Shown piece by piece: positions 10,950-18,981 of a stretch of DNA of 64,000 nt. The notes below the pieces were generated by a model. The model saw only the letters and a list, made by a program, of their open reading frames with translations, was not told the origin of the DNA and did no database searches. The stretch spans positions 4,340-68,339 of the forward strand of contig DATLFP010000058.1 of NCBI GenBank assembly GCA_035540955.1, written 5' to 3'. Every line of letters starts with the position of its first letter. Positions within the stretch are counted from its first letter, which is position 1. Made by a program: the position numbers and the translations under genes. Source of the DNA: Acidimicrobiales bacterium (GTDB lineage Bacteria > Actinomycetota > Acidimicrobiia > Acidimicrobiales > CADCSY01).

Positions 10950-12899
10950 GTGACGCTCGCGGTGCTCCGCAAGGAGCTGGCCGTGCTGTGGACCTCGCCG
11001 GTCCCGTGGGTGGCGGGCGCCGCGCTGCAGGCGGTGCTCGCCGTGCTGTTCGTGGACCAGCTGCAGGGTCGGACCCAGGCGGTGGTGCAGCCGCTGTTCC
11101 CGATCGCCGGCCTCCTGCTCGTGGTGACGGTGCCGGTGCTCGCCATGCGGGCCTTCACCGAGGAGCGGCGGACCGGCAACCTCGACGTGCTCCTCGCCGC
11201 CCCGGTGCCGGTGCTCCCGCTGGCGGTCGGCAAGTGGCTCGCGGCGTGGCTCACCGCGCTGGCCATCCTGGCGCCCGCGATCCTCCTGGCCGGGTTGACC
11301 GCGCTGTGGGGCGACCCCGACGTCGGGCCGATCGTCAGCGGCTTCCTCGGCCTCGCCCTCCTTGCCGGGGCGGTCCTCGCCATCGGTGTGCTCGCCTCGG
11401 CGGCGACCGCGTCGCAGGCGCTCGCCGCGCTGGTCACGATCCTCGCCTGCCTCGTGCTCTGGTTCGTGGGCTCGACGACCGGCGACTCGACGCTCTCGCG
11501 CTCGCTCGGATCGGTGTCGCTGTCCGAGCGGCTCCGCACGTTCGCGCAGGGCGGCGTCGACAGCGGCGACGTGGCGTTCTTCGCGGCCGTGTCGATCGTC
11601 GGCGTCGGTGCCGCCGCCCTCCGGTACCAGCGCCGGGCCGCCACGGTGCTCCTGCTCGCCGCCGGGCTCGTGGTCGCCCTGGCGGCGAGCACCAACCGGC
11701 TCGTCGATCTCACCGAGCAGGAGACGCTCACGTTGACGACGATCACCCGCGACGTGGTCGCCGCCGTCGACGACGCCGTCACGATCACCGCCTTCGTCGG
11801 TCGCAACGACCCGGGCCGGGTCGAGGCGGTGACGCTGCTCGACCGGTACGTCCGCCTGAACCACCGAGTCGGCGTGGAGGTGATCGACCCCGCCGACCGC
11901 CCCGGCGACCTGCGACGGTTCGGGATCGATCCGGTGCTCGGCGGCGTCGTCGTCCGCCAGGGCGAGGCCGTCGAGCGGGCGGCGGGGCCGACCGAGCAGG
12001 ACATCACCTCGGCGCTGGCGCGGCTGCTCCGGGGCGACGACTCCGTCGTGTGCCTGACCACCGGTCACGGCGAGGTCGACCTGGACCTGCCCACCTTCGA
12101 TGTCCGGCGGATCGACCTGCTGGCCACGGCGACGATCCCCGAGGGTTGCGACGTGGTGGCGGTCGCCACGCCGCAGACCGATCTCGGGGCCGCCGAGGCC
12201 GCCCTCGCCGAATGGGTCGCGGCCGACGGGAAGCTCCTCGCCCTGCTGGACCCGGTGAGCGACGTGGACCTCGCCGCGGTGCTGTCGCCCTACGGGCTCG
12301 GGGTGAAGCGGGGCGTGGTGTTCGAGGGCGACCCCGACTCGATCGTCGGCGGCGACGAGGCGTCGCCCATCATCCGGCGCTACTCGGCGGCCCACCCCGT
12401 GGTGCGCAACCTCCCGCCCACGTACTTCCCCGGCGTGCAGGAGGTCACCGTGGACGACGGCGTGCGGGTGCCGGGGCTCACCGTCGCCCGCCTCGCCGAC
12501 ACCTCGGAGGTGTCGTACCTGGAGACGGCACCGCTCGAGCCTCGGTTCGACCCGGGGGTCGACAGCGGTGGACCGATCACGATCGCGGCGGCGGCCGACC
12601 GATCGCGGGTGGAGCGTGACGATGCGGTGGCCCGGACCCGGGTGGTCGTCGTCGGCGACGTCGACTTCGCCACCACGTTCGTGGGGAGCGCCGCCAACGA
12701 GCGGTTCCTGCTGCAGGCCCTGGGCTGGCTCGCCCTCGACGACGACCTCATCCCGCTGTCGTCGAACCTGCCCCTCGACCGGCCGCTGGACCTGACCGAC
12801 GCCCGCGTCGGCTACGCCCGCGTGCTCGGTGTGGTCGTCGTCCCCGGCCTGTTCCTCGTCGGCGGCGCCATCGTGTGGGCGGTGCGACGCTCCCGCTGA
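10950..12899 (+). CDS. fused ABC-2 permease (GldF-like) + GldG-like auxiliary domain
   Basis: The N-terminal ~220 aa form a multi-TM ABC-2 permease (RAFTEERRTGNLDVLL). The rest matches the ABC_transp_aux/GldG pattern (ITAFVGRNDP...LLDRY...VEVIDP...CLTTGHGE) and ends in a C-terminal TM helix. Confidence 0.75.
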   Translation: MTLAVLRKELAVLWTSPVPWVAGAALQAVLAVLFVDQLQGRTQAVVQPLFPIAGLLLVVTVPVLAMRAFTEERRTGNLDVLLAAPVPVLPLAVGKWLAAWLTALAILAPAILLAGLTALWGDPDVGPIVSGFLGLALLAGAVLAIGVLASAATASQALAALVTILACLVLWFVGSTTGDSTLSRSLGSVSLSERLRTFAQGGVDSGDVAFFAAVSIVGVGAAALRYQRRAATVLLLAAGLVVALAASTNRLVDLTEQETLTLTTITRDVVAAVDDAVTITAFVGRNDPGRVEAVTLLDRYVRLNHRVGVEVIDPADRPGDLRRFGIDPVLGGVVVRQGEAVERAAGPTEQDITSALARLLRGDDSVVCLTTGHGEVDLDLPTFDVRRIDLLATATIPEGCDVVAVATPQTDLGAAEAALAEWVAADGKLLALLDPVSDVDLAAVLSPYGLGVKRGVVFEGDPDSIVGGDEASPIIRRYSAAHPVVRNLPPTYFPGVQEVTVDDGVRVPGLTVARLADTSEVSYLETAPLEPRFDPGVDSGGPITIAAAADRSRVERDDAVARTRVVVVGDVDFATTFVGSAANERFLLQALGWLALDDDLIPLSSNLPLDRPLDLTDARVGYARVLGVVVVPGLFLVGGAIVWAVRRSR

Positions 12900-12942
12900 C
12901 GCACGGCGGGCCGAAGGCCCCCCACGCGCAGAGCGAAGACCA

Positions 12943-14007
12943 TCAGATCCGGGGTTCCTTGGGGAGCCCGAGCAGCATCTCGCCGATGATGTTGCGCTGC
13001 ACCTGGCTGCTGCCCCCGGCGATGCGACCGCCGGGGGCGCCGAGCACGCCGAGGGCGGCGTCGCCGTCGAGCATGGCGTGGGCGCCGGCCTCGTCGGCCC
13101 GGGCCACGGCGATGTCGAAGAACAGCTCGGTGATGCCGAGCTTCAGCAGCGACGCCGCGGTGGTGGCCTGCGGACCCTGCCGCTGGCCGAGGGCCTGCAG
13201 GGCCCGTCCCCGCGCGTAGAGCGACACATCCGTGAGGTCGGCCACCCGCCGCCCGAGGGAGATGACCGACGCGCCGATGTGGCCCCGCTCGTTGGTGAGG
13301 GTGCCCATGGCCACGCCCCACCCGCCGTGCAGCGGACCGAGGAGGGCGTCGGCGGGGATGCGGGCGTCGGTGAAGAACACCTCGTCGAACTCGCTGCCGC
13401 CGGTCATCTGCCGGATCGGCCGCAGCTCGATGCCGGGGATCTGCATGTCGACGAGGAAGAACGAGATGCCCTTGTGCTTGGGCGCGTCGGCATCCGTGCG
13501 CGCCAGGCAGATGCCGTAGTCGGCGACGCGGCCGTTCGAGCACCACACCTTCTGGCCGTTGAGCACCCACTCGTCGCGGTCGCGCTCGGCCCTCGTCGCC
13601 AGCGACGCGAGGTCGCTGCCGGCGCCGGGCTCGCTGAACAGCTGGCACCACACCCGCTCGCCTCGCAGGGTGCGGTGGAGGTGGTCGGCCTTCTGCTCGT
13701 CGGTGCCGTGCGCCATCACCGTCTCGCCCATGAGCACGATCGAGACCATGTTGAGGAACGGCGGCACGTCGGCCAGCGCCGCCTCCTCCAGCCACACCCC
13801 GGTGTGCGCGGCGCTGAGCCCCTTGCCGCCGTGCTCGGGGGGCCAGTGGAACCCCGTCATGCCCGCGTCGTAGAGCCGGCGCTGCCACGCCATGCCCTCC
13901 TCGACGAGCTCGGGCGGGACGATGGCGCCGTAGTTGCGGGGGGCGTGCTGCGTGTTGGCCCGCAGCCAGGCGCTGACGTCGGCCCGGAAGGTCTCGAGGT
14001 CGCTCAC
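12943..14007 (-). CDS. acyl-CoA dehydrogenase
   Basis: 354 aa. ACAD middle and C-terminal motifs are present (WCQLFSEPGAGSDLASL, NGQKVWCSNG, GGSSQVQRNIIGE). GTG start. Confidence 0.9.
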   Translation of the reverse strand: MSDLETFRADVSAWLRANTQHAPRNYGAIVPPELVEEGMAWQRRLYDAGMTGFHWPPEHGGKGLSAAHTGVWLEEAALADVPPFLNMVSIVLMGETVMAHGTDEQKADHLHRTLRGERVWCQLFSEPGAGSDLASLATRAERDRDEWVLNGQKVWCSNGRVADYGICLARTDADAPKHKGISFFLVDMQIPGIELRPIRQMTGGSEFDEVFFTDARIPADALLGPLHGGWGVAMGTLTNERGHIGASVISLGRRVADLTDVSLYARGRALQALGQRQGPQATTAASLLKLGITELFFDIAVARADEAGAHAMLDGDAALGVLGAPGGRIAGGSSQVQRNIIGEMLLGLPKEPRI

Positions 14008-14029
14008 GACGGGCGAACCTAGCGGTCGT

Positions 14030-14590
14030 TCAGCGGGCGGGAGCCACCCTGACGGGCATCACCAGCGTGAGGAGACCCGGCGCTCGCACCGCCAGCGGGG
14101 CGAACGGTCCGGCCGCCTCGATGATCACCTGCCCGTCACCCGCGAGCTCGAGGGCGTCGTGCAGGAGGTCGGGATCGACGTGGAGCTCGTCGTCGCCGCC
14201 GAAGCGGACACCGTCGGTCCCGACGTGGACGGAGACGGGCCCATCGTCGGCGGCTTCTTCGAGCGCGCGCAGCACCGACGGCCCGTGCGCGGTCGTCGCC
14301 ACCGCCGCCGGGTCGGCGGGGAGGAAGCGCTCGTAGTCCGGGAAGTCGTCCTCGACGTCGCCGGCCGGCTCGAGGGTGTCGGGGTCGAGCAGCACCCGCG
14401 CCGGGTCGGTGGGCCCCGCCGGTCGCTCACACACGACGAGGCGGTGCTTGTCGGTGGCGACGGCGCGCACGACGTCGCCGGCTCGCTCCACGAGGACGCA
14501 CCGAAGGGCGGCGGCGTGCTTCCGATCGCGTGACACCGCCGTCCGCGCCAGGCGAACCGCGGCGGCGAGGTCGTCAGAGATGGTGGTCAT
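14030..14590 (-). CDS. half-size DNA polymerase III beta-clamp (DnaN)-like protein
   Basis: 186 aa. Three motifs are colinear with E. coli DnaN domains II-III: RAVATDKHRLVVCERP (cf. TVATDGHRLAVCSMP), FPDYERFLP (cf. FPDYRRVLP), and C-terminal LTLVMPVRV (cf. YVVMPMRL). ATG at 14590. The rest of track ORF 14030..15913 is antisense to the SDR gene. Confidence 0.65.
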   Translation of the reverse strand: MTTISDDLAAAVRLARTAVSRDRKHAAALRCVLVERAGDVVRAVATDKHRLVVCERPAGPTDPARVLLDPDTLEPAGDVEDDFPDYERFLPADPAAVATTAHGPSVLRALEEAADDGPVSVHVGTDGVRFGGDDELHVDPDLLHDALELAGDGQVIIEAAGPFAPLAVRAPGLLTLVMPVRVAPAR

Positions 14591-14628
14591 GCCCGAGGAG
14601 TACGCCGTCGGCGTGACGGCCTCCTGGT

Positions 14629-15525
14629 CTACCGGAAGTGCTTCATGAGGGCGGCGAACTCGTCGCCCGGACCGCTGGGGACGATGTAGCCGGTCTCGTC
14701 GCGGATCTTGTCGAAGTTGTCGCGGACCTCTTCGGCGGTGAGGTTCTCCGAGTAGAAGCCCTCGGTGAGGCCGATGAAGAAGCGGGCGATGCGGCCGCCG
14801 GCGGCGCTGTAGATCTCGCCGGTGACGGGGCAGTCCTCGTGCACCAGCCAGGCGACGATCGGCGACACCGTCTTCGGGTCGAGCTTGTCGGCCAGCGGGC
14901 CGAGGATGTCCTCGGTCATGCGGGTGCGGGCCACCGGGGCCAGGGCGTTCACCTTGATGTTGTACTTGGCGCCCTCGGCGGCGAGCACCCGGGTGAGGCC
15001 GACGAGCCCCATCTTGGCGGCGCCGTAGTTGCTCTGGCCGAAGTTGCCGAGGATGCCCGAGTTGCTGGCGGTGTTCACGACCCGGCCATAGCCCTGCTCG
15101 CGCATCTTGATCCACGCCGGCTTGGTGACCCAGAACGCGCCCCGCAGATGGACGTCGATCACGGGATCGACGAACTCCGGCGTCATGTTGTGGAACGTCT
15201 TGTCGCGGAGGATGCCGGCGTTGTTGATGACGATGTCGACGCGGCCGAACGCATCGAGCGCGGTCTGGACGATCGCCTCGCCGCCCTCGGGCGTGGCGAC
15301 GCTGTTGCCGTCGGCCACGGCGACGCCGCCCGCCGCCTCGATCTCCTTCACGACCTGCTCGGCCGGGCCGAGGCTGCCGCTGTCGCCCCCCTGCACGCTG
15401 CCACCGAGGTCGTTCACCACGACCTGGGCGCCGCGGCTGGCGAGGAGCAGCGCGTGCTCCCGCCCGAGGCCACCGCCCGCCCCCGTGATGATCGCGACCT
15501 TGCCGTCGTACCCGAGCTCTGCCAT
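14629..15525 (-). CDS. SDR-family oxidoreductase (MFE-2 / 3-hydroxyacyl-CoA dehydrogenase-like)
   Basis: TGAGGGLG cofactor motif, NNAG, YGAAK catalytic motif. 298 aa, resembling the N-terminal dehydrogenase domain of multifunctional enzyme type 2. Confidence 0.9.
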   Translation of the reverse strand: MAELGYDGKVAIITGAGGGLGREHALLLASRGAQVVVNDLGGSVQGGDSGSLGPAEQVVKEIEAAGGVAVADGNSVATPEGGEAIVQTALDAFGRVDIVINNAGILRDKTFHNMTPEFVDPVIDVHLRGAFWVTKPAWIKMREQGYGRVVNTASNSGILGNFGQSNYGAAKMGLVGLTRVLAAEGAKYNIKVNALAPVARTRMTEDILGPLADKLDPKTVSPIVAWLVHEDCPVTGEIYSAAGGRIARFFIGLTEGFYSENLTAEEVRDNFDKIRDETGYIVPSGPGDEFAALMKHFR

Positions 15526-15549
15526 GTCGCCGGACGCTATTCCCTCCCT

Positions 15550-15598
15550 GTTTGGGCGGTGAAATCGCCGCGTGACGCGGCAGACCCACCGCCCAAAC
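15550..15598 (-). terminator. compound stem-loop between the fadD-like and SDR genes
   Basis: Perfect 12-bp outer arms GTTTGGGCGGTG (15550-15561) / CACCGCCCAAAC (15587-15598) enclose an inner 6-bp stem GCCGCG-tga-CGCGGC. It begins 5 nt downstream (minus sense) of the synthetase stop at 15604. Confidence 0.45.
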
Positions 15599-15603
15599 GG
15601 AGG

Positions 15604-17217
15604 TCAGATGCGGGCGATGGCCTCGGCCTTGAGGCGCTTGTAGTCGACCTTGCCGTTCGGGGCCCGGCCGATGGTGGCGACCTCGAACACCCGCTTCGGC
15701 GACTTGTAGGCCGCCAGCTTCGTCCGGACGTGGGCGATCACGTCGGCCTCGTCCACCGTGGCACCGGGCCGGGCCTCGACCATGGCGGTGATGGCCTCGC
15801 CGAACTTCTCGTCGGGCACGCCGACGACGACCGCGTCGGCCACCGACGGGTGCTGCTTCAGCACCTCCTCGACCTCCTCGGGGAAGACCTTCTCGCCGCC
15901 GGTGTTGATGCACACCGAGCCCCGGCCGAGCAGCGTGAGCGAGCCGTCGGCCTCGACGGTGGCCCAGTCACCAGGGATCGAGTAGCGCTCGCCGTCGATG
16001 GTCACGAACGTGGCTGCCGTCTTCGCCTCGTCCTTGTAGTAGCCGAGCGGGTTCGGCCCCTTCAGCGCCACGAGCCCGGCTTCGCCCGAGCCGGGCTCGA
16101 CCCAGCGGGTGCGGTCCTCGCTCACCACCCGGGCACGGGGCCCGAGCGCGAACTTCGCGGTCTTGGCCACGCCCTGGCCGCCGCCGGAGACCGACTGGCC
16201 CATCCCGATCGCCTCCGAGGACGAGAAGCCGTCGGACAGCAGCATCATCGGGTGGTGGCGGAGGAGCCCCTCCTTCGTCTCCTGCGACCACATCACGCCC
16301 GAGGAGGCGATGAGCTTCAGCGAGGAGATGTCCCACTTGCCGGGCGCGTCGTCGAGGGCCCGCAGCATCGGCTTGGCGAAGGCGTCGCCGACGATCGCCA
16401 TCGAGTTCACGCCCTCCCGCTCGATGGTGTCGAGCAGCTCGACCACCTCGAAGTGGCGGTTGGTGAGGGTGACGATCGACCCGCCGACGTCCATGGCCCC
16501 GAACGAGGTGAGCGCGCCGGTGCCGTGCATGAGCGGGCACGCCGGCAGGTGCACCTGCTGGGGGCCGGCCTCGGCGACGATCCGCCGCATCTCCTCGGGT
16601 GACGCGTCCTCCGGGAACTTCACGGTGGCAGCCGCGTTGAGCATCGAGAACAGGTCGCCCTGGCGCCACATGACGCCCTTCGGCATGCCCGTGGTGCCAC
16701 CGGTGTAGAGCATGTAGAGGTCGTCGCCCGACCGGCCCCACGGCGGCACGGTGCGCTCGGTCGCCGCCCCCGCCGCCGTCTCGTAGGGCACCGCCCACTC
16801 GGGGCACGGGTTGGACCCGTCGTCGACCCAGAGCCAGGTCTGCACGCGCGGCACCTTCGAGCGGATCCGCTCGATGGTCTCGGTGAAGGTGCCGTGGAAC
16901 ACCACGGCGACGGCGTCGGCGTTGTCCCACAGGTAGACGAGCTCGTCGTCGGTGTAGCGGTAGTTGGTGTTCACCGGAGCGAGACCGGCCTTCACGATCC
17001 CGAACAGCGACTCGAGGTACTCGGGCCCGTTGTAGAGGTACTGGGCGACCTTGTCCTGCTGCTGCACGCCGGCGTCGAGCAGCGTGCGGGCGATGCCGTC
17101 GGCGCGGCGGTCCATCTCCGACCACGTGTACCTGCGGTCGCCGTGGACCTGGGCCTGCGCGTCGGGGAGGCCGTCGGCGACGGCCTCCCAGATGTCGGCG
17201 AAGGAGTGCTGCGTCAC
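15604..17217 (-). CDS. long-chain acyl-CoA synthetase (FadD-like), paralog 1
   Basis: 537 aa. Motifs YTGGTTGMPKGV, GDWATVEADGSLTLLGRGSVCINTGGEKV, GKVDYKRLK. GTG start at 17217. Confidence 0.9.
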   Translation of the reverse strand: MTQHSFADIWEAVADGLPDAQAQVHGDRRYTWSEMDRRADGIARTLLDAGVQQQDKVAQYLYNGPEYLESLFGIVKAGLAPVNTNYRYTDDELVYLWDNADAVAVVFHGTFTETIERIRSKVPRVQTWLWVDDGSNPCPEWAVPYETAAGAATERTVPPWGRSGDDLYMLYTGGTTGMPKGVMWRQGDLFSMLNAAATVKFPEDASPEEMRRIVAEAGPQQVHLPACPLMHGTGALTSFGAMDVGGSIVTLTNRHFEVVELLDTIEREGVNSMAIVGDAFAKPMLRALDDAPGKWDISSLKLIASSGVMWSQETKEGLLRHHPMMLLSDGFSSSEAIGMGQSVSGGGQGVAKTAKFALGPRARVVSEDRTRWVEPGSGEAGLVALKGPNPLGYYKDEAKTAATFVTIDGERYSIPGDWATVEADGSLTLLGRGSVCINTGGEKVFPEEVEEVLKQHPSVADAVVVGVPDEKFGEAITAMVEARPGATVDEADVIAHVRTKLAAYKSPKRVFEVATIGRAPNGKVDYKRLKAEAIARI

Positions 17218-17282
17218 GGCATCCGCGCCCGGCCTTCGGCCGGGCCGCTCGGGCCTCGCTCGCTCGTTCCTCGCTCGCTCAT
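17214..17282 (-). repeat. intergenic repeat IGR-C copy 1 with bridging mini-ORF (MSERGTSERGPSGPAEGRARMP)
   Basis: It fills the gap between the two fadD paralogs. The mini-ORF ATG (17282) overlaps the upstream TGA (ATGA) and its TGA overlaps the downstream GTG (GTGA). The sequence is nearly identical to 23445-23507 and contains a GGCC-GAA-GGCC hairpin. Confidence 0.7.
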
Positions 17283-18904
17283 GAGGCGCCGGCCCCCACC
17301 CGCTCGGTGGCCAGTGCCTTCAGCCGCTTGTAGTCGACCTTGGCGTTGGGCGCCCGCCCGATGGTGTCGACCACGACGACGTGCTTGGGCGCCTTGTAGG
17401 CCGCCAGCTTCCCCTTCACATGGGCGATGACGTCGGCGGCGTCGACCTCGGCGCCCGGCTCGGGCTCGACCACGGCGGTGATCGCCTCGCCGAACTTCTC
17501 GTCGGGCACGCCCACGGCGACGGCGTCGCGGATGGCCGGGTGCAGCTTCAGGACCTCCTCGACCTCCTCGGGGAAGACCTTCTCGCCACCGGTGTTGATG
17601 CACACCGACCCCCGCCCCAGCAGGGTGATCGTGCCGTCGGCCTCCACCTGGGCGAAGTCGCCGGGCAGGGAGTACCGGATCCCGTCGATGGTGGGGAACG
17701 TGGCGGCCGTCTTGGCCTCGTCCTTGTAGTAGCCGACCGGCACGCGGCCCTTGATGCCGAGCCGGCCGATCTCGCCGGAGCCGGGCTCGACGAGCTTCCC
17801 GTCCTCGGAGACCACCACGGCGTTGGGGCCGAGGTTGAACTTGGCCGTCTTCGCGGCGGCGTCGCCGGTCGACGCCGATGACCCCATGCCCACCGCCTCC
17901 GAGGAGCCGAGGGAGTCGGCGAGGATCATCGACGGGTGGTGCTTCAGCAGGCCCTGCTTCACCGGCTCGCTCCACATCACGCCCGAGCTGAGGACGACGA
18001 GCACCGAGGAGAGGTCCCACTTGCCGGGGTTGGCGTCGAGCGCTCGCAGCATCGGCTTGGCGAAGGCGTCACCCACGATCACCAGCACGTTGACGCCGTG
18101 CCGTTCGACGAGGTCGAACAGCTCGGCGGCGTCGAAGGAGCGGTTCTCGAGGAGCACGACGCACCCGCCCGCCTGGAGAGCGCCGAAGGACGAGAGCGCG
18201 CCGGTGCCGTGCATGAGCGGGCACGCCGGCAGCAGCTTGGGTCCCGGCCCCTGGGCGCGGCGCTGGGCGACGGCGTCCTCGAGGCTCGCCCCCTCGGGGT
18301 ACGGCACCAGGCCGCCGCCGTTCAGCAGCCAGAACAGGTCCTCCTGCCGCCACATGACGCCCTTGGGCATGCCGGTGGTGCCGCCGGTGTAGAGCATGTA
18401 GAGGTCGTCGCCGTCGCGCGCCCAGGGTGCCGTGGGGCGGTCGACCGTGCGGGACGCGACCTCCTCGTACGACACCGCCCAGTCCGGCATCTCGCCGGCG
18501 CCGTCGTCGACCCAGTACCAGCGCTCGACGCGGGGAACGCGATCGCGGATGCGCTCGATCGTCTCGGTGAACGTGGCGTGGAAGACCACGGCGACGGCGT
18601 CGGCGTTGTCCCACAGGTAGACGAGCTCGTCGTCGGCGTAGCGGTAGTTGGTGTTGACCGGCACGAGGCCGACCTTCCACCCGGCGTACAGCGACTCGAG
18701 GTACTCGGTGCAGTTGTGGAGGTACTGGGCGACCTTCGCCTGGTGGGTGACCCCGTCGAGGGTGAGCAGGTCGGCGGCGACGGCGTCGGCGCGCCGGTCG
18801 AAGTCGCGCCACGACTGCAGCCGTTCGCCCTGGATCTGGGCCGGCGCGTCCGGCTGGACCTCGGCGATCGCTTCCCAGACGTCGGCGTAGTTCATCCCCG
18901 GCAC
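17279..18904 (-). CDS. long-chain acyl-CoA synthetase (FadD-like), paralog 2
   Basis: 541 aa, colinear with and clearly similar to 15604-17217 (same motifs, for example YTGGTTGMPKGVMWRQEDLF). GTG 18904, with ATG 18895 as an alternative. Confidence 0.9.
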   Translation of the reverse strand: MPGMNYADVWEAIAEVQPDAPAQIQGERLQSWRDFDRRADAVAADLLTLDGVTHQAKVAQYLHNCTEYLESLYAGWKVGLVPVNTNYRYADDELVYLWDNADAVAVVFHATFTETIERIRDRVPRVERWYWVDDGAGEMPDWAVSYEEVASRTVDRPTAPWARDGDDLYMLYTGGTTGMPKGVMWRQEDLFWLLNGGGLVPYPEGASLEDAVAQRRAQGPGPKLLPACPLMHGTGALSSFGALQAGGCVVLLENRSFDAAELFDLVERHGVNVLVIVGDAFAKPMLRALDANPGKWDLSSVLVVLSSGVMWSEPVKQGLLKHHPSMILADSLGSSEAVGMGSSASTGDAAAKTAKFNLGPNAVVVSEDGKLVEPGSGEIGRLGIKGRVPVGYYKDEAKTAATFPTIDGIRYSLPGDFAQVEADGTITLLGRGSVCINTGGEKVFPEEVEEVLKLHPAIRDAVAVGVPDEKFGEAITAVVEPEPGAEVDAADVIAHVKGKLAAYKAPKHVVVVDTIGRAPNAKVDYKRLKALATERVGAGAS

Positions 18905-18981
18905 GGTTCCCCCTCGGTGGCGTCGGTCGGGAGAGGAAACTAGACGGTCGTTCAGGGAGTCGTTTGCGCCAAGATGCGGTC

